32,000 nt of DNA. Origin: an uncultured bacterium (GTDB taxonomy: Bacteria; Patescibacteriota; Gracilibacteria; UBA1369; PNNO01). Position numbers and translations under genes: made by a program. Under the pieces are notes generated by a model. That model saw only the letters and a list, made by a program, of their open reading frames with translations. It searched no databases and was not told the origin of the DNA. The stretch spans positions 990,001 to 1,022,000 of the forward strand of contig OY969931.1 of the NCBI GenBank assembly GCA_963704705.1, read 5' to 3'. This document shows, piece after piece, positions 16,709 through 24,206 of this stretch (position 1 is the first letter of the stretch; every line of letters starts with the position of its first letter).

Positions 16709-18115
16709 TTAGCCTTGGTAATTTAGCTTAATTTCACCTAGATTTGCTGTTTCATTATCTTTAGCGTGAACTTTTATTACAATTATAAAGCTTTCACCAG
16801 CTGCAAAGATCGGGGTTCCGCTAAAATTAAGGCTTGTTTGAGCCCATGCCGTACTAGCTAAATTACTTGAAGAACCTGTTAAGGTGACGGGGTTTCCATT
16901 TGTATCATATACAAAAATATCTAATTTCGTATCATTTGTATCTGCGCTTGATGATCTATAATTAAACTGCCATGGATTTACAGTCTCCCATGCTGTAAAT
17001 GTTTTAGGAAGACCCACCTGAAGGACAATATCGTAATCCTGTAACGTGCTTTGTGAACTGGTCCATTCATAATAATTTTCTTTGGCTGTATTATCGTTAT
17101 CCAAATAAAGTCTACCAATATTATTTGATCCGTCAGCAATATAACTTGCGCCCTCAAATTGAGAATTTAGTATTATTGATCGATTAACCGGCCCTGTAGT
17201 TATACCTGCTATAGCCTGATCAATATCATCAATAGCCGTCTCTAAATCCCCTGCTGAATAGTAATTTCCGTCAGTTGCTTCTATATCAATCTCTGAAGCA
17301 TCATGTTTTGACGCTCCTCCATCCAAATGTCCATCAACTGTTGTGCCCAAATCACCTACATCAACACCATCAACAGTGCCTGTTAAAGTTAAATCCCCTT
17401 CAATATTTACATTGTCATTAAAATTAAAATAACCGTTTACCAAATCCCATGACAGAATTTTGCCCAAAGTATTACCAAACTGTAAATCAATTGATGTAAT
17501 TGAAGTATTATCATTATCTAAAATAAAAACATCCTCATTAGTTCCTCCTGGTATTGTTTGAAGAGGGAAAATTCCGCCGGTTCCAAGCAAAGCAATATCG
17601 CCGTCATTGAACCCAATGTCAGCATTATCAAGTGTGTCAGCATTTAAAGCATAGGGCACAGAACCTATTGGAGCTCTATCAACCAATGGATTCCCCGGGG
17701 CACGATCCAAAACTTCATATGAAGTATCTGGATCACCTGTTTTTTTAATTTCAACTTGAATATATAAATGATAAGCTGGATCAATTTGAGGTAATGGAGT
17801 AACTGTACCCAATTCAAATGTCACAAAGCCCTTTGTAGTTGGTAATGCAGTTTGAACTTCTTGCCATCCCGAATAATTTGGAGCACCAGTATTTATCGAC
17901 CCTGCTGCAATATCACCTACGTTAACAGGGCTTTGGCTCCAAAAACTAAATCTGAATGTGTGACTACTCGTTAACGGACTAGTTCCTGCAGAATCAAGAA
18001 GTCTGGCTTCATAAATCATGCGCTGAGGAGCTAAAGATACAGCGCTAACTGCACTAATATTTATTAGTAAGCAAAAAAGTACTGCTGCAATTTTAATTAA
18101 TCTTTTCTTTTGCAT
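16709..18115 (-). CDS. Secreted repeat protein (surface paralog B), unknown family
   Basis: Signal peptide MQKKRLIKIAAVLFCLLINISAVSA. It shares one copy of the LQFG..LG.IL.WD....F.F.D...IEG.L.L.G repeat and the ~150-aa C-terminal domain with 15413-16633. Its start overlaps the upstream gene by 19 nt. Confidence 0.75.
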   Translation of the reverse strand: MQKKRLIKIAAVLFCLLINISAVSAVSLAPQRMIYEARLLDSAGTSPLTSSHTFRFSFWSQSPVNVGDIAAGSINTGAPNYSGWQEVQTALPTTKGFVTFELGTVTPLPQIDPAYHLYIQVEIKKTGDPDTSYEVLDRAPGNPLVDRAPIGSVPYALNADTLDNADIGFNDGDIALLGTGGIFPLQTIPGGTNEDVFILDNDNTSITSIDLQFGNTLGKILSWDLVNGYFNFNDNVNIEGDLTLTGTVDGVDVGDLGTTVDGHLDGGASKHDASEIDIEATDGNYYSAGDLETAIDDIDQAIAGITTGPVNRSIILNSQFEGASYIADGSNNIGRLYLDNDNTAKENYYEWTSSQSTLQDYDIVLQVGLPKTFTAWETVNPWQFNYRSSSADTNDTKLDIFVYDTNGNPVTLTGSSSNLASTAWAQTSLNFSGTPIFAAGESFIIVIKVHAKDNETANLGEIKLNYQG

Positions 18116-19098
18116 AACGAATAAATAGCTGTTATTAAAATTAATATATAAATGAATGATAAATCAAAGCGAATACACGATTTTTTCACGTCAGCTAAAA
18201 TCATTTTTACATAAGCGATTCCATCAGCTATTTCAAACTCAAGTGTTTTATAATTTGTCTGAACTATTACATTCCCTTCATTTTTCAAAGCATAAATCAA
18301 TACAAAATATTTATCATCAGGTAAAATATCAATTGATTTTATTTTAAATTCACCGTTTTCATCAGCAACAGCATAAGATTTATTTATATGATCATTTTCA
18401 AACCAAATAGCAACAACTTCATAGCCGCTTCCTGTTTTTCCTTCAATAGCTACGTGGTTGTTATCGCTTTCCAGTACTTCTTCCGGGATATTTAATGTTA
18501 ATGGTTCTATATCATAGTCAGTCACCTGAATAAAATCATATTCATCATATTTTTTATCTAACTGATAATAAATAATCGGTTTATCTTCAGTAAAGATGAA
18601 GATGTTTTTATCTTCTTTAATCATTTCTTCCACTTCTTCAGGTGAAGGTTTTAAAATTTCAATTGGTTCCTGTTGTTCTGATATTTGAACAGGTTCTTCA
18701 GCTGCCTGCTCTTCAGATGAAATCAATTCTCTGCTTTCTTCAGCAGGTATTGTTGAAATTATCGGAATATCTGAATAAGCCAAAGGTCCGCCGCCACCGC
18801 CTGAGCCTGTATTTGAGACTCCGCCGCCAGTAGGTGGCGGGGTTGGTGGAGTTAAAGTTAAATCCAAATCACTATTTGCATCCACTAAAGTATAAGATCC
18901 AGATTTAGAGTATCTTTCAGTCCATGATATTGAACTTAAATCAAGAGAATAAGATAGACTTTCCATATATCCCTCGTTTGTTCCAAAATTTAAATTTTCA
19001 TCATCTACTTGATAAGTACTGCTTGCAGAAGCATAAGCAAAACCAGCACTTAAAATGAATATTACAAGAAATGAAACTATTTTTTGTTTTTCTGACAC
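18097..19098 (-). CDS. Secreted, C-terminally membrane-anchored protein with Pro/Gly linker, acidic region and Ig-like/CarboxypepD_reg-like beta domain (GTG start)
   Basis: N-terminal signal IVSFLVIFILSAGFAYASA. Linker PPTPPPTGGGVSNTGSGGGGGP, then an acidic stretch EESRELISSEEQAAEEPVQISEQQEP. The segment VAIEGKTGSGYEVVAIWFENDH...AVADENGEFKIKS has a beta-sandwich-like pattern. The C-terminal TM helix is FDLSFIYILILITAIYSL followed by CKRKD. Confidence 0.6.
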   Translation of the reverse strand: MSEKQKIVSFLVIFILSAGFAYASASSTYQVDDENLNFGTNEGYMESLSYSLDLSSISWTERYSKSGSYTLVDANSDLDLTLTPPTPPPTGGGVSNTGSGGGGGPLAYSDIPIISTIPAEESRELISSEEQAAEEPVQISEQQEPIEILKPSPEEVEEMIKEDKNIFIFTEDKPIIYYQLDKKYDEYDFIQVTDYDIEPLTLNIPEEVLESDNNHVAIEGKTGSGYEVVAIWFENDHINKSYAVADENGEFKIKSIDILPDDKYFVLIYALKNEGNVIVQTNYKTLEFEIADGIAYVKMILADVKKSCIRFDLSFIYILILITAIYSLCKRKD

Positions 19099-19129
19099 GT
19101 TTTTATTTTTTATTTTTTTGTTTCATAAA

Positions 19130-19158
19130 ATTATACCATAAAATTGCTAAACGTGCAA
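19130..19158 (-). promoter_or_regulatory. Near-consensus extended -10 sigma70-type promoter for the surface-protein operon
   Basis: On the minus strand: TTGCAC (19158-19153), a 17-nt spacer ending in TGG, then TATAAT (19135-19130), which forms TGnTATAAT. It lies 32 nt upstream of the GTG at 19098. Confidence 0.5.
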
Positions 19159-19180
19159 CATTAAGCTGTAAATCAAGCTG

Positions 19181-20095
19181 CTATATCTTCCATTCCTTAA
19201 GATTTTTTAAAGCTTCGTCCAATTTTGGCATACCCAAGCGACCACCGAGATATCTGCATTTCATTCCTGCGCAAACATTTGCAAACATCATATTCTTTTT
19301 AAAATCCCAACCTTTCAATAAACCATATAAAAATGCTCCGTGAAACACATCTCCGGCACCTGTTGTATCAACAACTGTGCCTATTTCGTATTCAGGAACA
19401 GAAGTACACATTTTATCCCCTTTTTGAAGACCGCATGAGCCATATTTACCAAGAGTAACAATTGCAATTTCAGCACCCATTGCAACAAAATCATTTAAAG
19501 CTTTTTCATAATCCTGTCCGTATTTTGCTTCAAGAAAACTTCGTGAAATAATTAAATAATCAGCATATTTAACGAAATCTTCTGAATGTGGAGTATGAGG
19601 TTCTGAATCAATACAAACTTTTACTCCCTGCTCTTTTGCAAACTTTACGAGTTTAAGGTTAGCATCAGGGAAATGCGCATCAGAATGCACTATTTTAGAA
19701 TTTTTGATTATATCATAAGTTTCATCACAAATAACAAAATCTTCCAAATGCCCTCTATCAGCAACAATCGTTCTGCTTCCATTTTCTTTTTCTATTATTA
19801 TTGAAGATAACGCAGGAGCTTTTCCTTTTTGCGCTTCAATGCAACCGGTATAAACCCCTTCTTCTTCGAGTGTATCAATTGCAAACTGGCCAATCGGCCC
19901 TTCACCCACAGTTCCAATCATAGCGGTTTTTGCTCCAAGTCTTGCCAAACACGCGATTGCATTAGCTGCCTGACCACCACCCTGAAGCGAAGATTCAATA
20001 GGCACAACTTTTGTGTCTTTTTCCGGAAATTGCTCAACTACATTTAGATGATCAACGGTGGCACCGCCAATCCCAACCACATCAAATTGTTTCAT
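19181..20095 (-). CDS. PfkB-family carbohydrate/nucleoside kinase (ribokinase-like)
   Basis: N-terminal FDVVGIGGATVDH...GGGQAANAIACLARLG and C-terminal VVDTTGAGDVFHGAFLYGL (PfkB signature 2). The substrate cannot be assigned from sequence. Confidence 0.85.
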   Translation of the reverse strand: MKQFDVVGIGGATVDHLNVVEQFPEKDTKVVPIESSLQGGGQAANAIACLARLGAKTAMIGTVGEGPIGQFAIDTLEEEGVYTGCIEAQKGKAPALSSIIIEKENGSRTIVADRGHLEDFVICDETYDIIKNSKIVHSDAHFPDANLKLVKFAKEQGVKVCIDSEPHTPHSEDFVKYADYLIISRSFLEAKYGQDYEKALNDFVAMGAEIAIVTLGKYGSCGLQKGDKMCTSVPEYEIGTVVDTTGAGDVFHGAFLYGLLKGWDFKKNMMFANVCAGMKCRYLGGRLGMPKLDEALKNLKEWKI

Positions 20096-20177
20096 ATTAT
20101 CAGTTTATATTAGAGTGGCATCGCATGCAACAATATGATATATTCGTGTGCGAAACCACCACTTAAGCCTCTATAAA

Positions 20178-20882
20178 ATGAATAATGATATTATATTTGT
20201 ACTGCAGGCACTTGCAGGATTATCCTTTATTCTAATTGCTTTTAGAGTAGGATTTCATTGGCTTCTTGCTTTAATTGCGGTTCAGGCAGTTTTAATGAAT
20301 GTTTTTGTTCTTAAAACCATGGATTTATTTGGTATGGGAGCTGTTACAGGCGGAAATGTGCTTTATGCTTCAATATTTTTGGGGACTGATATAATTTGTG
20401 AGCATTTGGGTGATAAAAAAGCACGCCAAGCAGTCTGGCTTGGATTTTTTGCCTCACTATTTTTTATTGTTATGAGTCAGTTCATTATATGGTATACACC
20501 AAGTGCATATCCTGAAAGCATTGCTATGCACGAAACCCTAACTACTATTTTTGAGCTTGCTCCAAGAATAATGTTTGCCTCGATGTTAGCTTACCTTGTT
20601 GCTCAAAATCTAGATATTTTAATTTTCAGATGGATTAAAAATCTAACAAAAGAAAAACATTTATGGCTCCGAAACAATGTTTCTACAATGGTTTCTCAAT
20701 TTGTTGATACTATAATATTTACTTTTGTAGGCTTATACGGAACAATCGCAACCCCTGATAATGTTTGGGCTATAATACTATTTACCTATATTATAAAAGT
20801 TATAGTAGCAGCATTAGACACTCCATTCATTTATCTATCAAAACTAAAAGCGTTTAAACCAAAAAAGGCTGAGATGGAATAA
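20178..20882 (+). CDS. yhhQ: YhhQ/DUF165-family queuosine-precursor (preQ0/preQ1) transporter
   Basis: GGNVLYASIFLGTDIICEHLGDKKARQAV and NVSTMVSQFVDTIIFTFVGLYG match my memory of YhhQ-family motifs. Six hydrophobic helices. The start is set at the ATG at 20178 rather than the track GTG at 20148. Confidence 0.7.
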   Translation: MNNDIIFVLQALAGLSFILIAFRVGFHWLLALIAVQAVLMNVFVLKTMDLFGMGAVTGGNVLYASIFLGTDIICEHLGDKKARQAVWLGFFASLFFIVMSQFIIWYTPSAYPESIAMHETLTTIFELAPRIMFASMLAYLVAQNLDILIFRWIKNLTKEKHLWLRNNVSTMVSQFVDTIIFTFVGLYGTIATPDNVWAIILFTYIIKVIVAALDTPFIYLSKLKAFKPKKAEME

Positions 20883-20884
20883 TA

Positions 20885-21079
20885 CTATTTCATCTGCTTT
20901 TTAAGTATTCTTAATCCATGAGCTGAAATTTTCATTTTTTCCCATTTGCCTGTTTGGGGATTGAAAATTCTTTTACTCACCATATTTGGAAGAAATCTTC
21001 GCTTTGTTTTGCGATTTGAATGACTCACATTATTGCCTGCAGTAGGCCCTTTTCCTGTAATTGTACAAACTTTAGACAT
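20885..21079 (-). CDS. rpmB: 50S ribosomal protein L28
   Basis: MSKVCTITGKGPTAGNNVSHSNRKTKRRFLPNMVSKRIF is the canonical bL28 N-terminus. The start is moved from 21118 to the ATG at 21079, giving the normal ~64-aa length. Confidence 0.9.
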   Translation of the reverse strand: MSKVCTITGKGPTAGNNVSHSNRKTKRRFLPNMVSKRIFNPQTGKWEKMKISAHGLRILKKQMK

Positions 21080-21104
21080 CGCTATTTTTTTAATATGCCC
21101 CTGT

Positions 21105-21132
21105 ATTTTACTTAACATTTAAAAAAATGCAA
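21105..21132 (-). promoter_or_regulatory. Sigma70-type promoter candidate for rpmB
   Basis: On the minus strand: TTGCAT (21132-21127), a 16-nt spacer, then TAAAAT (21110-21105). It lies 26 nt upstream of the ATG at 21079. Confidence 0.3.
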
Positions 21133-21140
21133 GCAAAGTG

Positions 21141-21169
21141 TTGAAAATAAAGGCAAATTGTGCTATTAT
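21141..21169 (+). promoter_or_regulatory. Extended -10 sigma70-type promoter candidate for the 21198 gene cluster (divergent from rpmB)
   Basis: TTGAAA (21141-21146), a 17-nt spacer ending in TGC, then TATTAT (21164-21169), which forms TGnTATTAT. It lies 29 nt upstream of the ATG at 21198. Confidence 0.4.
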
Positions 21170-21197
21170 TATATGAAACTTAAAACAAAAACCAATC

Positions 21198-21803
21198 ATG
21201 GCAGATACGGATACAAATATAGAAAATAAAACTTCAAAAGGACATCCAAAAGAAGCTCCTATGGAAGTTTTGCATCCTGAAGTTGTTAATACTCGGGAAG
21301 AAGTTAGAAAAGATGCTTTGACAGTATATGAAGCACCTGAATTAACTTTACCAGATAATCCAACAGAACTTGATAGGCTTAAAATAAGCATTATTGAAGC
21401 TGTAGAGGCCGGAGATATTAAAACAGCCATGAAACTTCAGGCACAAAAAAATAAAGTGGAAATTGCAATGGCAAATAATGTTAGAAAAGCTCACAATGCA
21501 GCAAGACAAAGATACGTTGAAACTCAAAAAGCTTTATCAGCTGACGACAGAGACAGAAACTGGGAAACAAGAAAAAAAGCAATGGCTGAATTTGCTGAAG
21601 GAGTAGGAAGTGGTACATGGAAACTTACAAAATTTCTTGCTAAAGCTGGATATTTTGCAGGAACAAAGACAGTAGATTTTACAAGATATTTATTAAGAAA
21701 TTCATTCGGTGCGTTAAGAGGTATCGCTACAGAAATACACAATGGAATTATTGATATGAATAAATACCGAAGAGAAAATACACCTAAAAACTATGACCTA
21801 TAA
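21198..21803 (+). CDS. Hypothetical protein (acidic disordered N-terminus, helical basic/amphipathic C-terminus)
   Basis: 201-aa ORF behind a good promoter candidate. The antisense track ORF 21119-21430 is low-complexity and judged spurious. I recognise no family. Confidence 0.55.
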   Translation: MADTDTNIENKTSKGHPKEAPMEVLHPEVVNTREEVRKDALTVYEAPELTLPDNPTELDRLKISIIEAVEAGDIKTAMKLQAQKNKVEIAMANNVRKAHNAARQRYVETQKALSADDRDRNWETRKKAMAEFAEGVGSGTWKLTKFLAKAGYFAGTKTVDFTRYLLRNSFGALRGIATEIHNGIIDMNKYRRENTPKNYDL

Positions 21804-21805
21804 AT

Positions 21806-22042
21806 ATGAATAAAAAAGAATTCTTACAATCAGAAATTAAACATTTAATTGAATTACTTCGCTTCTTTAAAGAAGAGGATAAAGCGCAGTACATCGACGC
21901 AATTGATAAAATGAAAGAGGAAGAGCTTGAAAACCTTTTAAAAATACTATATAAACTTGAGCAGGACTATTTTGAGTTATTAAAAAAGGATACTCAAACT
22001 ATGGACTCAATATCAGATAAACTAAACACTGCTCATGACTAA
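21806..22042 (+). CDS. Hypothetical small coiled-coil protein
   Basis: 78-aa ORF starting 2 nt after the previous stop. It has a Glu/Lys-rich heptad-like sequence. No family recognised. Confidence 0.45.
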   Translation: MNKKEFLQSEIKHLIELLRFFKEEDKAQYIDAIDKMKEEELENLLKILYKLEQDYFELLKKDTQTMDSISDKLNTAHD

Positions 22043-22172
22043 TAGAAGCTCTTCAAAACAACATGGTCTTCATACTGCTAATCAGCAAAGACCTAAAAGC
22101 AAACTTCGTAAACGCAGAAACAAAGCTAAAGCTCGTGAACGAAGAGTTGAACGTGAAGAATCAAAAAAATAA
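22035..22172 (+). CDS. Unlisted 45-codon ORF encoding a very basic peptide
   Basis: The ATG at 22035 overlaps the end of the previous gene by 8 nt (gctcATGacTAA). Translation: MTNRSSSKQHGLHTANQQRPKSKLRKRRNKAKARERRVEREESKK, stop 22170-22172. It falls below the 60-aa cutoff of the ORF track. Coupled geometry is the only support. Confidence 0.3.
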   Translation: MTNRSSSKQHGLHTANQQRPKSKLRKRRNKAKARERRVEREESKK

Positions 22173-22231
22173 CCTTTATAAATTAATAAAGGAGCGTTAA
22201 GATTAAAAAGCCTTATTTAAAGTATATTAAT

Positions 22232-23152
22232 ATGGCTTTTTTCAAACGAAAAAAAGGCAGAAGACGCGTAAAAGCTTCAAAAAACAGCAGAATTCAGGAG
22301 ATAAAATCACCTTACGCTCACAGAAGAATTAAATCTTCAAGAAAATTACCTAAAAAAGCTGCAAAAACTCGCTATTCAGGTGAAGTTAAAGTCAGATATA
22401 AGAATAATTTTCCTATAAAAAAATGGCTAATTATCGGAGGAGGTTCAATTCTGGTGCTTTTATTCCTTTACTTAACCGCTTTTACAAGTTTTTTTGAAAT
22501 TAAAGAATGGAAAGTTTATGGTGATGAAATTATTCAGGAAAATTCTAAATTCGAAGAATTCCTGGCTGTGCATAAAGGAAAAAATCTTATTTTTCTGGAT
22601 ACTGGAGAAATTGAAAAAAATATTCAAGACCAATATCCTGAAATTGAAACTCTACACATTAAAAAAGTTTACCCTTCAACACTTGTATTGGAATATGAAA
22701 ATTATCCCGAAAAAGCTAATTTGTTGAATATTTTTGATGGAGAAAACCAAAAAAAGTTTATTATCAATGAAGTTGGCTATTTGGTAGATCAGGATTATGA
22801 AAATCCGAATCTTCCTTTTATAAAAATAAGAACAGACAAAGCATTGGAATTAAATCAATATGCAATATCGCGTGAGAAACTTGAGTATGTTTTGGATGCT
22901 ATTTATGATTTTGAGGAAATATTCGGAATGAAGGTTCTGGATGCTGAATATAAACCAAAAGAAAGAGAAGTTTATATCAAAACTGAGCGGGAATTTACTA
23001 TTTGGCTTGATACATCTTTGACTATACAGGAACAATACAGCAAACTAAAAAGTGCCTTAAGTAAGCTGAATATTTATACTGAATCACTTGATTATATTGA
23101 TTTGAGAATTTCGAGTGTAAATGGTGAAAAAGTTATTTATAAAAGACGCTAA
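22232..23152 (+). CDS. ftsQ: Cell-division protein FtsQ/DivIB-like (basic tail, one TM, POTRA domain)
   Basis: Basic cytoplasmic tail, then TM WLIIGGGSILVLLFLYLTAFTSFF. A POTRA-like segment follows: EIKEWKVYGDEII...KGKNLIFLDTGEIEKNIQDQYPEIETLHIKKVYPSTLVLEYENYPEKA. It is followed by sbp, as in Bacillus divIB-sbp. Confidence 0.7.
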   Translation: MAFFKRKKGRRRVKASKNSRIQEIKSPYAHRRIKSSRKLPKKAAKTRYSGEVKVRYKNNFPIKKWLIIGGGSILVLLFLYLTAFTSFFEIKEWKVYGDEIIQENSKFEEFLAVHKGKNLIFLDTGEIEKNIQDQYPEIETLHIKKVYPSTLVLEYENYPEKANLLNIFDGENQKKFIINEVGYLVDQDYENPNLPFIKIRTDKALELNQYAISREKLEYVLDAIYDFEEIFGMKVLDAEYKPKEREVYIKTEREFTIWLDTSLTIQEQYSKLKSALSKLNIYTESLDYIDLRISSVNGEKVIYKRR

Positions 23153-23153
23153 T

Positions 23154-23182
23154 TTGACATTTTTGATTAAAAATATCAGAAT
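23154..23182 (+). promoter_or_regulatory. Promoter candidate upstream of sbp
   Basis: Perfect -35 TTGACA (23154-23159), a 17-nt spacer, then a weak -10 CAGAAT (23177-23182). Confidence 0.3.
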
Positions 23183-23208
23183 ATCAGTGCTTAAACATAA
23201 ATTAATAT

Positions 23209-23577
23209 ATGATCTGGGCAATAATAGGTGTTCTTGTAGGAGTAATCATAGGTTTAGCGGTTAATATACCGATTCCTATTGAGCTGACAAGATATACAGC
23301 TGTAGTTAGTATAGGTATTCTGGATGCGATTTTTGGCGCAATTAGAGCTGAAGTCACTAAAGATAACTATGATGCGATTATATTTTTAACCGGTCTGTTT
23401 TTTAATGTGGTTTTAGCTATTGCAATTACCTATTTAGGTGACAAACTGGGTCTTGATTTATATCTTGCGGCAACAGTTGTGTTCACATTCAGAATTTTCA
23501 CAAATGTAGGTATAACAAGGCGTTCTCTTTTACAAAATTTCATGCAAAAAAGAAAACAGAAAAAAGCATTTAAGTAG
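23209..23577 (+). CDS. sbp: Small basic protein Sbp (DUF1290), division-cluster membrane protein
   Basis: 122 aa. GLDLYLAATVVFTFRIFTNVGITRRSLL and ILDAIFGAIRAEV closely parallel my memory of B. subtilis Sbp (GVDLYLAGIFAFGVRLFQNIAVIRRNLL). It has a basic C-terminal tail, and the position after ftsQ/divIB is the same. Confidence 0.85.
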   Translation: MIWAIIGVLVGVIIGLAVNIPIPIELTRYTAVVSIGILDAIFGAIRAEVTKDNYDAIIFLTGLFFNVVLAIAITYLGDKLGLDLYLAATVVFTFRIFTNVGITRRSLLQNFMQKRKQKKAFK

Positions 23578-23627
23578 TAAGACAAATTTGATATAATAAA
23601 TACTCAATTAAATTTAACAAAAATAAA

Positions 23628-24203
23628 ATGGCAAAATCTTCCAAATTAGCGCTACTTCAGGATATGCTAGAGAATGCGGAATCAAGTATTCGTTCAGCTA
23701 AAGCACTTCTTCTTGATTTAGGGCTAAAAAAATCAGATCTAAAAGAACAATATGAAAAATCAGCAGAAGAATTAACTTCAACTGATTCTCCTGAAGGAAA
23801 AATCATTGAAGGTGTGTTTAATGGCCAGGAAATGATAGGACCAGATAAAAGAAACTATCCGGTACCAGCTAATTACGCGAGTAAATCAAAGCTTATTCCA
23901 GGCGATGTTCTTAAATTGACTATTCAAGATGACGGATCATTTATTTATAAGCAAATCGGACCTGCTGACAGAAAGAAAATTGTTGGTACTCTAACTTTAG
24001 AAGACGGACAATATAAAGTTTTGTGCAAAGGTAAAGCTTATAAAGTATTATTGGCTTCCGTTACTTATTTCAGAGCAGAAGTCGGTGATAAAGTTACACT
24101 CGTAGTGCCTAACATCGAAGACAGTGAATGGGGTGCAATTGAAAATGTATTACCACAAGATGAAGAGCATGAAGAAGGAGAAGTTGACCTTAATAAATTT
24201 TAG
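23628..24203 (+). CDS. Hypothetical protein (N-terminal helix plus two small beta-rich modules, acidic tail)
   Basis: 191-aa ORF sitting where ftsA would follow sbp in Firmicutes. No FtsA/actin-fold motifs. No family recognised. Confidence 0.55.
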   Translation: MAKSSKLALLQDMLENAESSIRSAKALLLDLGLKKSDLKEQYEKSAEELTSTDSPEGKIIEGVFNGQEMIGPDKRNYPVPANYASKSKLIPGDVLKLTIQDDGSFIYKQIGPADRKKIVGTLTLEDGQYKVLCKGKAYKVLLASVTYFRAEVGDKVTLVVPNIEDSEWGAIENVLPQDEEHEEGEVDLNKF

Positions 24204-24206
24204 TTT

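Noticed and set aside
21119-21430. Track ORF of 103 aa on the minus strand. The same applies to other antisense or embedded track ORFs, for example 43-231, 1449-1646, 3078-3278, 3961-4146, 4702-4935, 5161-5466, 7268-7459, 12358-12573, 13086-13367, 15641-16050, 18156-18347, 18642-18833, 19071-19343, 19829-20047, 21524-21742, 22494-22727, 22850-23035, 24351-25134, 25514-25747, 26008-26542, 27733-28168, 31353-31723.
   Set aside because: All lie inside or antisense to longer ORFs that have motif-level homology or a coherent signal-peptide/TM architecture. Their translations are low-complexity (S/L/F/I-rich), as expected for shadow frames in AT-rich DNA. None has its own promoter-like context.
22173-22192. 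Hairpin cctttat-aaatta-ataaagg after the 45-codon ORF, considered as a terminator.
   Set aside because: The 7-bp stem is almost entirely A/T and no downstream T-tract follows. It is not distinguishable from chance in this composition.
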